A DNA stretch of 64,000 nucleotides from positions 1 through 64,000 of the forward strand of contig NOWV01000131.1 in the NCBI GenBank assembly GCA_003344405.1, read 5' to 3'. Below are positions 28,198 through 42,161 of the stretch, piece after piece; positions within the stretch are counted from its first letter, which is position 1; each line of letters opens with the position of its first letter. A program made the position numbers and the translations under genes. This stretch comes from Trichoplax sp. H2 (taxonomy: Eukaryota). The notes below the pieces were generated by a model. The model saw only the letters and a program-made list of their open reading frames with translations. It was not told the DNA's origin and did no database searches.

Positions 28198-31100
28198 TTA
28201 TACCTTCATACCGTAGATTTCTTCCAAGTCATTAATTAATTGTTGCTTTTCTTCTTCTGGTAAGAATGACGAACGAGCTGCATTAAATGTCTATAATGGG
28301 TGTTTTAATATTCGAAATAGACACAGACAACACGTATACAATTAATCAACATTGATTGCAACTGGATATTTTATTCTAAAAATGAATCAAAAATAACTTA
28401 AGTATTTAATTTAAAAGATCTACCACAAAAAAAAATCATTTAATCATTGACAATTCATCTTACCGCTCGCGTCAGTACTGAAGCACCGTAACCCCATTTA
28501 TTGTAAACCAATTTATATTCATCGGCAACACCAGAATTACAACACAAAGAATCATCGGAGTTTATAGAAAAATTTAGCCCTTCGTTAATAAATCTAGTAG
28601 AAGAACCGAAGTAATGACGAAGTTTCAATAAACTTAAATAATTTACAAATGGAGATAATTTAGGATCTAAATATGATATAATCAACCGTTTAGCGGGATG
28701 ATTATCAAAACTTGAACAGGAACCTGTAAGTATACTAGATGTCGGGCAAACCTGTAATGATGAGAATAGAATAAATCATCACTATAAAAGATTACGTTAA
28801 AATAGTAACAGATTAAGCTAACTTCCAGATGGATTTGTTCTTTCTTGACCCTTTCAAGTAAACTTTCATCTTCCACTAACTGATATCCATGACCGATTCT
28901 TTCAGCGCTTAGCCAATCCAAACTCTACCAATATATCAACATATTATTGTAATAGAAAAATTTCTATTGGTTTCCCTTTCTAATAATGTACACTTTCATA
29001 TCCACTAATAAATTGATTATCGAGATATAGCAAATACTCAGAATTTTATAATACTGTATAGTGTTGCATAAAGAGCTATTAACTCTGTTCAATAGTGGAG
29101 GTAATAGTACGAGTGGATTTGATTAAAACCATTAGGATCATTTACTACATCAAATGCAATCACAAGATAATGTCTATGTCATATATCTGAATCTTAGACT
29201 TAGTTAATGTTAGTATAGTAACGAAAATACACAACAGTCTACATACAATATCATGCCAGATATCATAAAATAATTTAAATTATAAATTATATCGACTACA
29301 GGATATGCATAACACTTTCAGTCCGATTTGTATAAGATAATTAATTATAAAATAAATCAGACAATATACTTCATTTACGATATCTCATCCTTTATTCTAG
29401 TTCAAACTCATGTTACTATATACTGTACTTTATCATTCAACCATTTTAAAACATACACGTTGCCATTTATAATTGTACACTATGGAATACAGTACAGGCT
29501 AGCATGCAAAACAATGGTAATTTACCGGACAATTGAGAAAATCGAATGAATATTTCTACATTCTGTAGTATTTATCGCTGTAGTTTCCTTCTTTTCGAAT
29601 ACGCTAAAAATAGAGTTCACTTCTAAAATCTTATTTTTAGAAGATATTACCAGTCGCATAAAATTAATAAACTTTCATTTAGAGACCATTCTAATGAATT
29701 TTCTAGTGACTCTTGCAATTTTTTTAAGATCAGAAATTTGCCTATTATAGCGAAATTATTAACTATACATCATACACTCTCGGACTCAACCGATAAAAAT
29801 AGCACTGCCTTACTTAATATGACATTGCAATACGTTGCTAGCGATACTAGCAGATTACGAATATTCTGCCAATATGTTGTTGATACCTTAATGTACACTA
29901 ATTCTCTTTATATAGTCTTATGTGTAAATAACGTAACTAACGCCAACCTGGCGAATATTTTCGGCTGTTCCGGCTTCTCCTGCGTGAACTGTTCTATGAA
30001 TACCATATCTCTTGGCTTCCTTTAATATTACAAGGAATAACTGTTTTCATAATGAGGAAGCAAACACTTTCGATCCCAATAACAACATTTGTACAAACTC
30101 ACTTGAAAAGCTTTACAAAATTCATCACCAGGTTTAATACTATCTTCTAGTTCATTTCCTTCTATATCAATACCCACAACTCCTTTTCTATGATACTTTT
30201 TGCATAGTTCAATAGTTTCAGTAGCTGAGTCTATAACATCGAAAATATATAGATTATAAACCCTTTCAACGCAGAAACAATGGCGATAGAGTTTAAAACT
30301 ATCATGGGACAATAAAATGGAAAACTGTGATCAAGTTTTACAACATAATATAATCTATAACAACTGCTACTATGTACCGATATTAATTATTTTTTAATTT
30401 TTACCCTGTATATAATAGTATTGTACTAATTAAAATATTGTGATGTTAGTATCAACAAATATGACAATTAATAATACACCATATACTTGTATTAATATCG
30501 AACTTCAAACCTTGAAAGTAATTTTACCTGGACAACCTCGAAGACAACAAAGAATACTTTTAACTTTGATTCCGTACCGTCGACATCCCTCCTCTAATCC
30601 ATCTACTATAGTAAGTAGCACTTGTTCGCTAGTTAATTTATCGCCTTCTGTCGCGTCATTATTTGATGTTCCGCTGGTCAACAATCCCGGAGCATAACGC
30701 GCCTCAGTATATAAGACACCTTGATTTGCCTGATCTTCACAAAATTCTATTGCACACCGATGAAGGGCATGAGGATCACCACTAGATGAATTTTAATTGA
30801 AAAAATTTAGATATTCTATTGTACTAAGAAGTACAGTAATGCATAAATTATAGTATTACACCGAAATTTCAAGTTTCTAATGTAGTATAGTGAAACAGGT
30901 CATAATTTTGGGCACAGTATACCAGCAGAATAATCAAATGATCTATAAAGTATCCCGTTATTATTAAAATTTATAGAGTCGATAACCGCCATAATAACAT
31001 ACGCGTATATCCACTTAAGCTACTCATTTTTAACCCATATTTAGGCTGCAATAACACCGTATTGTTAAAGTTCAAAGCTTGCCATACCCTATCTAGATTT

Positions 31101-32469
31101 TCTATTGGTAGCTTGTAAGATAGTAAATATTTATAGAATAACTAAACCATTGTTAGTCTCCAAAACTAACATATGTGTATAATGTATGAAGACCTAATAG
31201 GAAATATACTACCATTTCACTCGATCAATTTAGTATCTTATAAGAAGCCTATGCATAGTTTATGAAAGAAGCGATGGTTGTTAACACTAACTGCTGATAG
31301 TATTCATATAAGACGCATGAATAATGAATATCTTGTAATTAATGTAGATTAACCGACGAACTAATGGATAAGAGAAAAAATAGAGATTTTTAGGCTCACC
31401 TAATAACCGGTATGAAAACAGCAAATGGCTCCAAAAATTTCTTTAAAGATCGGTCTGTCTCGTTGGCACAGGAAACGAATTCTTTAAATTGTCTTGCATT
31501 GTCTACGGGCAATTCAATACCTTTACTCCTATAATTAAAATCATATTCATCAGTTATTATTCAAATTTGGTTACTCAATTTACAAATTTGACCGAACTAT
31601 CTAACTGAAGCTATTAATAAGCAATGCATGTAAAGAAAAAAATAGCATTGTTCTGAATTATGGCGAAGCAAAATTTAATATTTAACGAAGTATACGTCGT
31701 AAAGCTTAAAAGTCTGATACTTTAAATTGTTAAATCCAGTATGGCTATTTGCTCTCTTGCAACTGTAATCAATTTATAATTTATAAGCAGAATATGCTGT
31801 AGTTACCGTAAAAATTTGAAATGTGGTATTTAACCTATTTACGAAAATCATTTCAAATACTGAATGTCATGTTTAAAATGTACCATGATCACTTATATTT
31901 ATAGTACTAGTACCTATGATTGTGTCTATACCAACAATCTAAATATACTTACCTAGCTAAATCTATTACTGTTTCAGCACGAAGCGCTCCGTCCAAATGA
32001 TTATGCAGTTCGACCTAGTTGACATACGCGAATATGTATTACATGAGTAGATATGTGCAGCTTCTAAGTTGAAATGGCAAATAATTGTATGTGGGCAATC
32101 AATTTTATCAAGACTTTAGAAAATCAGAATTTTATTAAAAATTCAAAAAGAATGATAATTATGTACTTTAGATTGCATTTCTCAACGACCGCTCGAAAAT
32201 TACTATCTGATATTGTACTATGCATAATAGTATGCGGAACTGGGCAATTAGCCTATTAAATACATCACGAATACCAATCTTTAACTGATATCACGCAATG
32301 TGGTGTTAGTTAACACGCTTGTGACACTAATTACATATGCACAATGTTAAATAGAACTTAGATATTACAGTTAATCTTATTTGGATTAAATTAATAAATG
32401 ATCGTGGAGAATGACTTATACGGTACTTACTTTACACTTTAAACTTTGTGAACCTGTAGCAGCCATCAT
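28198..32469 (-). CDS. ADA: Adenosine deaminase family protein, copy 1 (10 coding exons)
   Basis: (M)MAATGSQSLKCK|VELHNHLDGALRAETV (32014-31953), FLEPFAVFIPVI, EFCEDQANQGVLYTEARYAP, GVVGIDIEGNE, GIHRTVHAGE, WLSAERIGHGY, HLEVCPTSS, NFSINSDD, FNAARSSFLPEEEK..YGMKV*. All Zn ligands and the catalytic Glu are present. Confidence 0.92.
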
Positions 32470-32639
32470 TCTTATTCTACCTCATTTTAAAATATCATGA
32501 TATATTGGGTTAGTTGAGATCGTTATCTTAACTAAGATGATAAATGCTAGCTAATGCAATGCAATTAATAATAATTGCTATATTGCAAACTGAGTTTTAG
32601 CCATCAGCCGCCCGTACAACACTACTTCAAAAGAGTAAT

Positions 32640-34200
32640 TTATTGAAATTATTTGCAATCGTCGAATAAAATCTGTTTTTGTAATGGTTGTACTAGGAAT
32701 TGGAAAAACTGTCAGCAAATGTGAAGTTAACTACCATGAGATTTCATTGCATCGTTAGACCATAAAGTATTGCAAAATGAAGTAATCCATAACGATACCT
32801 CACGTATTTGCTAATATAACTATCTCATACGATGATCAGCTATGGAATATACGAATTACAGCAGCGCTAACCTTTACAAAAGTAGTTAACAATCTTGAAA
32901 CTATTTGCAATTATAAAATAAGACTAGTTTACAGTACAGTTATGCTAGAAGCCAGCGTTCCATAACAGAAGCTAAAAACTGGCATCACATTTGAAATTAA
33001 CTACTGCAAGATTTCATGATATTGTATATCCATAGTCAAAATATTGCAAAATGAAATAATCCACATAGATACTTGTTACAAAATCTCGATTTGTAACGAG
33101 GAAATCTTCCAACAAAGAGACTACACTTTTCTTAGTCGAAACTTTTATTTAGTGCTTCTACTCTTTATTCTACTACCGTACAGTACTGTAACCTCTAGTC
33201 TATACCTTCTTTAAGTATATGACATATTACTATTTATACCTACGCAACATGCACACGAACTAAAACAGGTTTAGGTAGCGTTAGCCAATAACAGAACGAC
33301 AACCCAGCTAAAATGTCGTAAACAAGACTGCAATTACTTAGTCTAAGATCATTGATAGCGTAAAATATATGAAAATTAGTAAGAAACATAGCTCAAAGGT
33401 TTAATACTGTGTGTTATAGGTAAGATTTGGTAGTCCATGTCTGACTCCATGATGCAATGTAATGCAGCAGACCTAACTTTAATTAAGAGCTGGTTGCTGA
33501 TTTTGAAATTACTTACAATCATAAAATAGAATTCGTTTACAATAATTGCACTAAGAGTTGAATACTGTCATCCATCTGAAATGAACTACAGACTGTCCTG
33601 CAAAGTCTCCTCATAATATCCTGTACAATGTACATTCAAAGGATTGTAAAACGGAAAAATCCATATTGATACTTCACCTGTTAGCTAATTCACTCACGGA
33701 CAGCCTACTCAACTATGCAACTTATTACACATAGTAATCCTTGCTAAGCTGGCCAATGATTTTGAAAATTCTTTGTAATTGCAAAATAAAACTTGTTTAC
33801 AACTGTCATCCAATCTGGAATTAACTACTGCAAAGTTAAATCGTATTATATAACTATACGAGAAAGGATTGCAAAACAGAATAATCCATATCAATACAGT
33901 ACTTCATTTCTTTACAGACAATATATTTAACTATGCAATACTATACTGTACACTGTATGTACTGTACATTGTATACTTTACTAAGCAACTTATATAATTA
34001 ATCAGAGTACAGTAGAACCAACCTTCACTAAAACTAGCTCATAGCTTTCAAATTATTTGCAATTGCAAAATAAAACTTGTCTGCAATAGTTGCACTAGGA
34101 GCTGAAAATTGTAATCACATCCAAAATGAATTACTGCCAGAATTTATCCTATTATACAACAATAACAATATTGCAAATAGAAATAATCTATTTTAATATT
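32640..34200. repeat. Degenerate dispersed-tandem repeat, ~5 copies of a ~150-250-bp unit upstream of ADA-1
   Basis: Shared skeleton GAAA.TATTTGCAAT...AAATAA.A...CTAG.A...AACTG.CA...GAA.T.AACTAC...ATTGCAAAA.GAA.TAATCCA..GATAC at ~32645, ~32895, ~33500, ~33760 and ~34047. Confidence 0.7.
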
Positions 34201-34978
34201 TTTAGTTCATCGTTGACTTACTGTATTTATTCATGATAAAATTTTTACCTTTAGTTGCAAGAAAGTTGAGTACTAGAGACCCTGTACCTAAAGAGAGACT
34301 GGTAAAAACTCTCAATTTTTGTCTTCACAGTCACAAATATCGTTCCAAAAAGGTTAACGTATCTAATTGGTGCAGATGGACCCAAAATAGTTGCCAGTCC
34401 ATCCGTGTCCGCGTCCAATCAGATACGTTCTTGCTTTACCGCCTTTACGATATGTTTAGACATGTTTTTAGCCAGGACTTTGCCAGTCTCTCTTTAGGTA
34501 AAAGGCATCTTTATTTATTTATTTAATTAATTACCTGAATGCTGCATAGCTCAAGAAGATTGCAGTTAGACGAAGTTCAGCATCTCCACCATAAAGGTTT
34601 TATTACCCCTACAGACGTAAGATCGGTACTATACGGTACAGTGTACAGTACGCAGTATTGTAGAAAACTGTACTGTACTCAGTACTGTACACTGTACGGT
34701 ACGGTATGTGGGACGGGACGGACGCGACTGGAACAGCGGCTCTTTCAGCTCCTGTATTGTACGCTGTACAGTATGCTCCTGCAAGCTTGCACAGTATCCA
34801 TGGAGAACATGGCTGACCTGGTTAATAAAGGAAATTTCCATTCACCTTAATTACATAAGCCTGTTGTAAGTTTTAATTTATCGTCTATATTATCATAGAC
34901 TAATGGTTGAAGCTAATTGAAGTATATTGTACTACGTGCTGGTTACAGGAGAGTAGGAAGTATCTTCAACACCACGAA

Positions 34979-37209
34979 ATGGTGCATAGTTTTGTTATCC
35001 ATAGCCTTTTACCTGGAACTTGCAGAGTATTCTATTCCATCACATTCTGCAGCGATAGCAAAGCGGTAAGTGATGATCATCGTCATGGTTATTATAATAA
35101 TTAAAACAAGTAGAATGTAGAGGCAAGATGCTTAGTTGCTTTGGACTACGCTAGCATTTATATAACATCCATATTCTAAGTTAGTGATGAATTAATCATT
35201 GAACGCCGTCGACAATTTGATGCAACTTCCGCTATTTTACGTGTATAATATTACTAAACTAGTTGCAATAATATCCTTTACTACATGGAAATATAAGCCT
35301 ATAGAGTTCAACAACATATGCTACGATGGCCTGTTGATATGCAATACTGTATAAGAATACAGTAAATTATAACTTCACGAAGCATCTCTACCATCCACAT
35401 GTTCGCTATTAACCAGAGTTACGCGTACATCGAAATACGTACGCATATCATAGAATACAGTATAGTAACCAATGACTTCTAGTAACTCTTGTAGTAATCC
35501 GTTCAAATTTTCTAAAAATTGATTGTTAATTAATCTTCACTACATGGCATTTATTTCGAAGTCCTTTTTGAATGATTACCACTACTGCACAGTGAGTGTA
35601 CACGGCTCATAGTACAGTGTACAGTATTCGAGTATAAATTGATTGATTTTATTCATTTATTAAACATCCTACTGTAATAGGCCAGTTTGCCATGCTAACT
35701 GAATTTTCACTCTATTACAATAGAATGGACACGTCGAAGATCGCAGTGGCCGGAAAGAGAAATTACTAGCCATTGCTCAACGTGTACAATCGGAATACTC
35801 ATTCAAACGAGTTACACAAAGGAGCGACCTTTATGATGAATTATTGGTGGCATCAGCAGAGTATGACTAATTAATTAAAGAATATATGTGTAGTATATTT
35901 ACTCATACGTAATTATCGATTCGGCTGTTCATTCTATCAGTATTTATATCACGACTTATCGGCTACTCTGGTAAAGTATGATGCATTGCGTAATTAGGTA
36001 TATAACATATCTATATATTATAGTTTAAAATCGATAACAATTTATGTCAAATACTAGTCTGTTACGGCCTATAATTAAAAGTATCTCACATACATACTTA
36101 GGGAATGCACTTTCGATTGATTAATAGTCATCTGTTGCCTATGATGTGTTGCTACTGTTACTATATTCATAAAATTTCAAATATCTTAAATTAATACACA
36201 GATATGGTTTAAATTTGGAAGGAGGCGCCTTTCGATCACTTCGTGGGGAACCATTCAAAAGCGAAAAGGCTATCCTTTGGCTTGGACGTGACAAGTTAGT
36301 ATTCCCATTTAATCGAACCATTAATTCTAGCAAAATATTGCTGATTTGATGAAAATATATAAAATAGATTTAAGATACAATTTAATTGAGCTACGCGTAC
36401 GAGAATGTTAAATATCTCTTAATATATTAGCTTGCAAATGGAATAATTTTTGTAGTGCCTTTAACTTCATACCGTACTGGTACTATTGTGTCAACGCTTA
36501 CGAGGATAAAGTTCTTTTATGTAGCTACACTTAGTATTCTTATTACCTACCCTATCAAAAATTTCAGGTTATATTAATATATCAAATCGTCCAGTATCTC
36601 GCCTATTATTTTACTTACAATTTGCTACAGATAAAGAATTAATCAACTATGGAATATTTTTTATTATTAATTAATACATGTGGTTGTGAAAAAAGTATTT
36701 AATGGTAAAATTGTAATTTCAATTATAACCTCATTAATTTAAAAATAGCAATGGATTTGCATTGGTATGCGATACTCATGAAAATCGCATGTTGGCTGAA
36801 AACACTTTGCGATTGCTTTGCAAATTCCTACAACCCCATATCAAAAACACTTCACAAGGAACGGAGGTACGTATATGATACTGTAGATTATATTTCTCAT
36901 TCTTTGCGGTTCTGTATATACTATCTTCTGTATTTTTAACTTAATGTATACAAGTAGATGATGATCGTCATACTCAGATTCTTATCTATTTCATAGCCTG
37001 TTCTATTGGTGGATCGTATAGCCGCAATAGTTAACCGATTTCTGCCCAACGGGCAGGTAAGACTGTGTGTGTCCTGGTTATTTCTCTAATGTTCACCGCA
37101 GAAATTACGTATTAATTTGAAACAAATATTTCTTCTGTAGCTCTTATTCTTAAATCATCGAATAATAAGACACTTTGAAAAAGAATTGGAGATGCTACTA
37201 TCAGCTTAA
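34979..37209 (+). CDS. AP5S1: AP-5 adaptor complex subunit sigma-1 (~187 aa, 6 exons)
   Basis: Exons 34979-35065, 35724-35860, 36202-36294, 36749-36866, 36997-37056 and 37141-37209 splice in frame: MVHSFVIHSLLPGTCRVFYS..RKEKLLAIAQRVQS..GGAFRSLRGEPFKSEKAILWLG..GFALVCDTHENRMLAENTLRLL..DRIAAIVNRFLPNGQLLFLNHRIIRHFEKELEMLLSA*. This closely parallels the recalled human AP5S1 motifs (MVHAFLIHTL, GFALVLDAHENLLLAEGTLRLL, RFLPHGQLLFLN). Confidence 0.92.
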
Positions 37210-38453
37210 TAAATGTATAAGAGGATTATAATTTGGTATTGACCTCAAATACTGGATGTGAAAAAGCTGAAGAAAATTCGTTAAAGACTGTATAGTTTAT
37301 CATTAGAATAAACCATTCTACAATTTATTACCTTTAGATTGAAGTTATGCAAACAACAATGTTTGTGCTGATCTGATTTAAAATTCAAGATACTGTACAA
37401 ACAACTTGAATTATTACTAAAATTTAACGACATGTACTTTAGTTCTATGTACAATATATTATTGATGAGCAGCATTATATATTTTTGAAATGGAGATCAA
37501 ATTGAAAAAAAATGCCCAACAGTTTGAAAATTTTGCTTTCACATTCAATTGTAGCTATTTTGGGAGCTATTTTCGACTGTATTCATTAAAATTATTGATT
37601 GCTCGTGTTTCGGTAGCTTCGTACTCGTAAAGAAATTTAAAATTGTAACTAATTGGTAGCGCAATAATGAAACGTTAAAGTAATTTCGATAAGGCGATTT
37701 TAATAAAACAGTATTCCTTGTCTTTATCGAAAACTTTATGTCTAAATCTTCGGCTTTAAATGATATATGCGTACAGTATGTACGACGTATTTAGATATCA
37801 CTGAGCATTCTGTGGTATTCTAAGAGTCGATTTTGTATGTGTAAACTACAATTATTAAATTTTCAGTAGTTTCTGTTATAGTGCAGTCATACGCATACTA
37901 CTTTAATCCAAATTTGTAGATACGTCGATTAATAGGTCATAATAAGGCAAATGTAAATATCTAAAAATTGAATCCACCATAAATTCACAAAACACCGTTA
38001 CTAACATTAGAAACATATGACGTATTAAACCATTGTATCCAAGGTAATCGATAAAACTTTATTATAAAGTGAATCAGACGTAAATGTTCCTTTCGAAATT
38101 GATGCCCTTCAATTCTACTTAAGACATTTGATTACAAAATTATCACTGTACGACACCATATCATCACACAAGAATTGAGGCTTTCTAACCAGAAATTGAT
38201 TATTATGCCCATAATTATAACAAAATGCCATACTTGACTAATTTAGCATCATTTACTGTGTAATGGTACTGATTGACTAAGAATCATAATATTATTCACC
38301 ATGTATCCATTAAGAAACATCAGATAAAATCAATAAATCAGCACATTCCGTTTTTAGACGCAACATTAAAAATCCAATAAATTACAGGAAAATGATCAAG
38401 ATAAGGGACAGTACTATATTAGTTCGAGAAACGGTAACTGGTTTCAATGTCCT

Positions 38454-41400
38454 TTAACACCTCAATCCATGTATTCTTTCTAAATCTGCGATTAACTGTT
38501 TCTTTTCTTCTTCTGGCAAGAAACACGAACGCGCTGCATTGAATGCCTGTAAATTAAAGTGAAATCAACGCAATTAAGAGATTATATAAATATCAGAAAT
38601 TCACTAGATATTATGTAAGAAAGATAAATTAATCATACACAAAATAGTACAATCGTTATTGCACTACACTACTTATACAGGAATATGGCATTAATTTACC
38701 GCTCGGGTTAATATTGGTATATCATAACCCCAATCATTGTAAACCAAATCATATTCATCGGCAACTCCAACATTGCAAGACAGCGAACAATCACAATTTA
38801 AGGAAAAGTTTAAGCCTTGATCGATAAACCTAAAATTTTAAACGTAGATTATAAGCAATATAGGTGCGTACGACAGAGACGTAGAATACAACTGATTATC
38901 AATTATATCAAAGATGATTAACCGCTTAGCTGGATGGCCAGTAAAACTATGACATGAACCCGTAAGTAAACTAGAAGTTGGACAAAGCTAAAAGTAAAAA
39001 GCGAGTATAAAATTGTTAAAACAATCCTTTAATTCAGGAAAAGTAATTTAATTCTATTTCTAACTTCAAGATGAATTTTTTCATTTTTGACTCTGTTAAA
39101 CAATTTTTCATCCTCTACCAAATGATATCCGTGACCTATTCTCTCAGCACTTAGCCAATCCAAGCTCTATGCATTGTACATATATATAGAAGATTTGAAA
39201 ATATAAAGATTCCTGATAGCACTATTGCTCACAAACCATCCTCTACTTAATATTGACTTTCTATAACTATATCAACACAGTAATTTTAAAAAATTGTCTA
39301 CAGAATCTCATACTAAAGTGTATTCCCAATCAGTCAACCAACATCAACAATAAACTATAAAATTAAATAAGGATAATCTGATGTTTCGATTTGGTATTCA
39401 TGTATAATCCTTAACTGATACCTGACGGATGCTTTCAGCTGGACCTGCCTCTCCCGCATGAGCGGTCCTATGAATACCGAATTTTTTGACTTCCTACATA
39501 ATGTATTTATAAGCATAACATTTTTCATGATGCAAATGATTACCAGTATAAAAATGACTCGCTCAACCTTCTACACGTCTGGTATCCTGAGAGCTATTGT
39601 AAATTTGTAATAATAACACCAACAACGAAAATTTACCTGAAAGGCTTTGACAAATTCATCATCGGGTTTAATAGGATAATTTCCTTCATCTCCAGCTAAA
39701 TCAATACCAACAACTCCTTTTCCATGAAATTTTTTGCATAATTCAGCTGTTTTTGCCGATAATTCTAGACAGTGAAATATGCAGACCTAATTCAGTTATC
39801 GTAGCTTATCGTAATAATAGTTAATCTTTAAAATCTATCTCTATGCATCAATAAACCATCTAGATTACAACGTTTGATACCACTCAGTTTTTAACTAGTT
39901 TATAATTTAGTTAGTGTAATCTACTTTAGCACTTCATTGTCTAGCAGTGCAATATCGATACTGAATATGAGTTAAAACAACAAATATATCGAAGTAGAGT
40001 ATAGTGAGTTACAAATACTGCATATGTATATCCCAATTATATATACATAGCAAAGGCAAACTGTTTTAAGGCTTTCAATCATCCAATGTAAAATATTTTT
40101 TCAAATGCAAGTACCTGGAAATGGTCGAATGCAGCATAGTAAGCTCCGAACGGTAATACCATAACGTCGAGACCCTTCAGCTAGGCCTTCCAGAATAACC
40201 TGCAGTGCTCCTTCATCCGTTAATTGATCGGTATTTTGAATAGTATTTGATGCTTCACTACTCAGTAGCTGGGGGGCATAACGTACTTCAGTGTACAAGA
40301 CACCTTCATTTGCTTGATCTTCACAGAATTCTATTGCACAACGTCGTAAAGCAGCAGCATCTCCTCTGTATTTGTATATATAAATACACACATACAAGAT
40401 AAATGTATCGGTTAAATATAACGACAGAAATAATCAACATTCTTAAAGAGTTTTCTCAATATTGCATCTTAGGCATGCATTAACACCTTTTGTATGATGC
40501 TAAATGAAGCGCTCATTTAATCTGTCCGAGCTAAGTTGCGATATGTGGTAGCTACTACCCATTCTTTAGCTTTAAAATTAATGAATTAAATCAATTATAT
40601 TACCTGACAACTGAAAGGAAAACGGGAAAAGGTTCAAGAAATCTTCTCAAAGATCGATCCTTTACATCTACATTCTCGCAAGATACAAGCTCCTTCAGTT
40701 GTCTTACATTGTCGAAAGGTAATTCAGCTCCTTTGTTTCTGCATTAATATCATTTTATAAAATGTACCATTCAACTTATACCATACTTGTAACGAATGAT
40801 ATAGCATATCAAGGAAAATGTAATGTATCATTAAAAATAAGTATTTATCATACGATTGAAGTCATCTTTGTACACAATTTACATGCTTGTACTTTATTAG
40901 AAATCAATTATAGCGTTACTCCAAGAAATACAAGATTTTACAATTATATAAATAACAGTATTTATTGACGTAATATTTCATCATTACCTGGCCAATTCGA
41001 TAATAGTTTCTGCCCGAATGGATCCATCCAAATGGTTATGCAACTCTACCTGTAAGGTTAGTCAATTTATAGTAAATACGGGTAAACAGTAAATTCGTAT
41101 ACTTTGATACAAATTCTTAATAAAAGTCTTGGTCATTTAAAGTCTGAATCAATGCACACAAGTGTTAAATATAGCTCAAGCATTTCAATGTAATGAAAGC
41201 ATCATGAATAGCCTTACTAATTACTTATCAATTAAAGTAAGTATTTGTAATATCAATGACTGCTATCGCAATCGTGGAGTCTCACTTGTTAGTCGATCAA
41301 GGATATTCTAGATACATAGCGATTGATTACTCGATAGTCTATCATTTAGGATTACCAATGTAGTCATTCATTAAAGTGATAGCTATAAGTCGATTATCGA

Positions 41401-42161
41401 TCGGTAGCCATTATAGATCAGTTAGAAAGTCTAGCTTGGAGTAATTATTACCACAAATAACGTACTGTATCAGCTGCCATATCGTACAGGAATAATTGCA
41501 GCTATGATACTAGGCCATTGCTATTATTAACACTGCATGTAATAATTGTACGTTACATGCATTTATCATAATCAGTCTAGCGTAATTTACAGCAGCTGCT
41601 ACTCTAAGCAATTTATACTATCACCACAGATTTAGGATTCTAGGTCATCTACGAAGCCTGTACTTGATCTAGGGTTCCGGCGAAAGCCTTTCAAATGACT
41701 ACGTACTCCATTAGGCATGATGTAATCGGCGGTCAAAATGAATTACAACACCGTACCAAAGGCTATGGCCGACAGCATGGCGTACAGACCCAAACAGTTA
41801 AAACTGAAGAGCCCTCCATCCCGCTAATTGAATCAGATTGAAATATTCTATCGGACAGATCATATTCGGTTGATATCCACCACTACGCGATTGCAGAAAA
41901 TTGTTGGAAGATTTGCTCAATCTGTTTAAAGTATTGCAAAGCAAGTCTTTGCAAGCTTGTACTATACTGTCATTCGAACTAACAGCTAGCCGTGCACCAT
42001 CATTGAAGATTATTTACGAGTCAATGTATATCGATCTATACAAGTAAATCAATGCAAATCGCCTACAAAGCAGAGACACTCAGACACACTTAAAACCTGT
42101 CTTATGCATATCAATGTTTGCTTACCTTCCATTTGAGACTATCTGGACCTCGGGATGCCAT
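38454..42161 (-). CDS. ADA: Adenosine deaminase family protein, copy 2 (altered C-terminal DD motif)
   Basis: MASRGPDSLKWK|VELHNHLDGSIRAETII, EFCEDQANEGVLYTEVRYAPQLL, GVVGIDLAGDE, GIHRTAHAGE, WLSAERIGHGY, HLELCPTSS, NFSLNCDCSL, FNAARSCFLPEEEK..HGLRC*. Confidence 0.92.

Noticed and set aside
41668-41680. CTAGGGTTCCG resembling the bacterial ykkC/guanidine-I riboswitch 5' motif
   Set aside because: The downstream conserved ykkC elements are missing and the context is an animal intron; likely chance.
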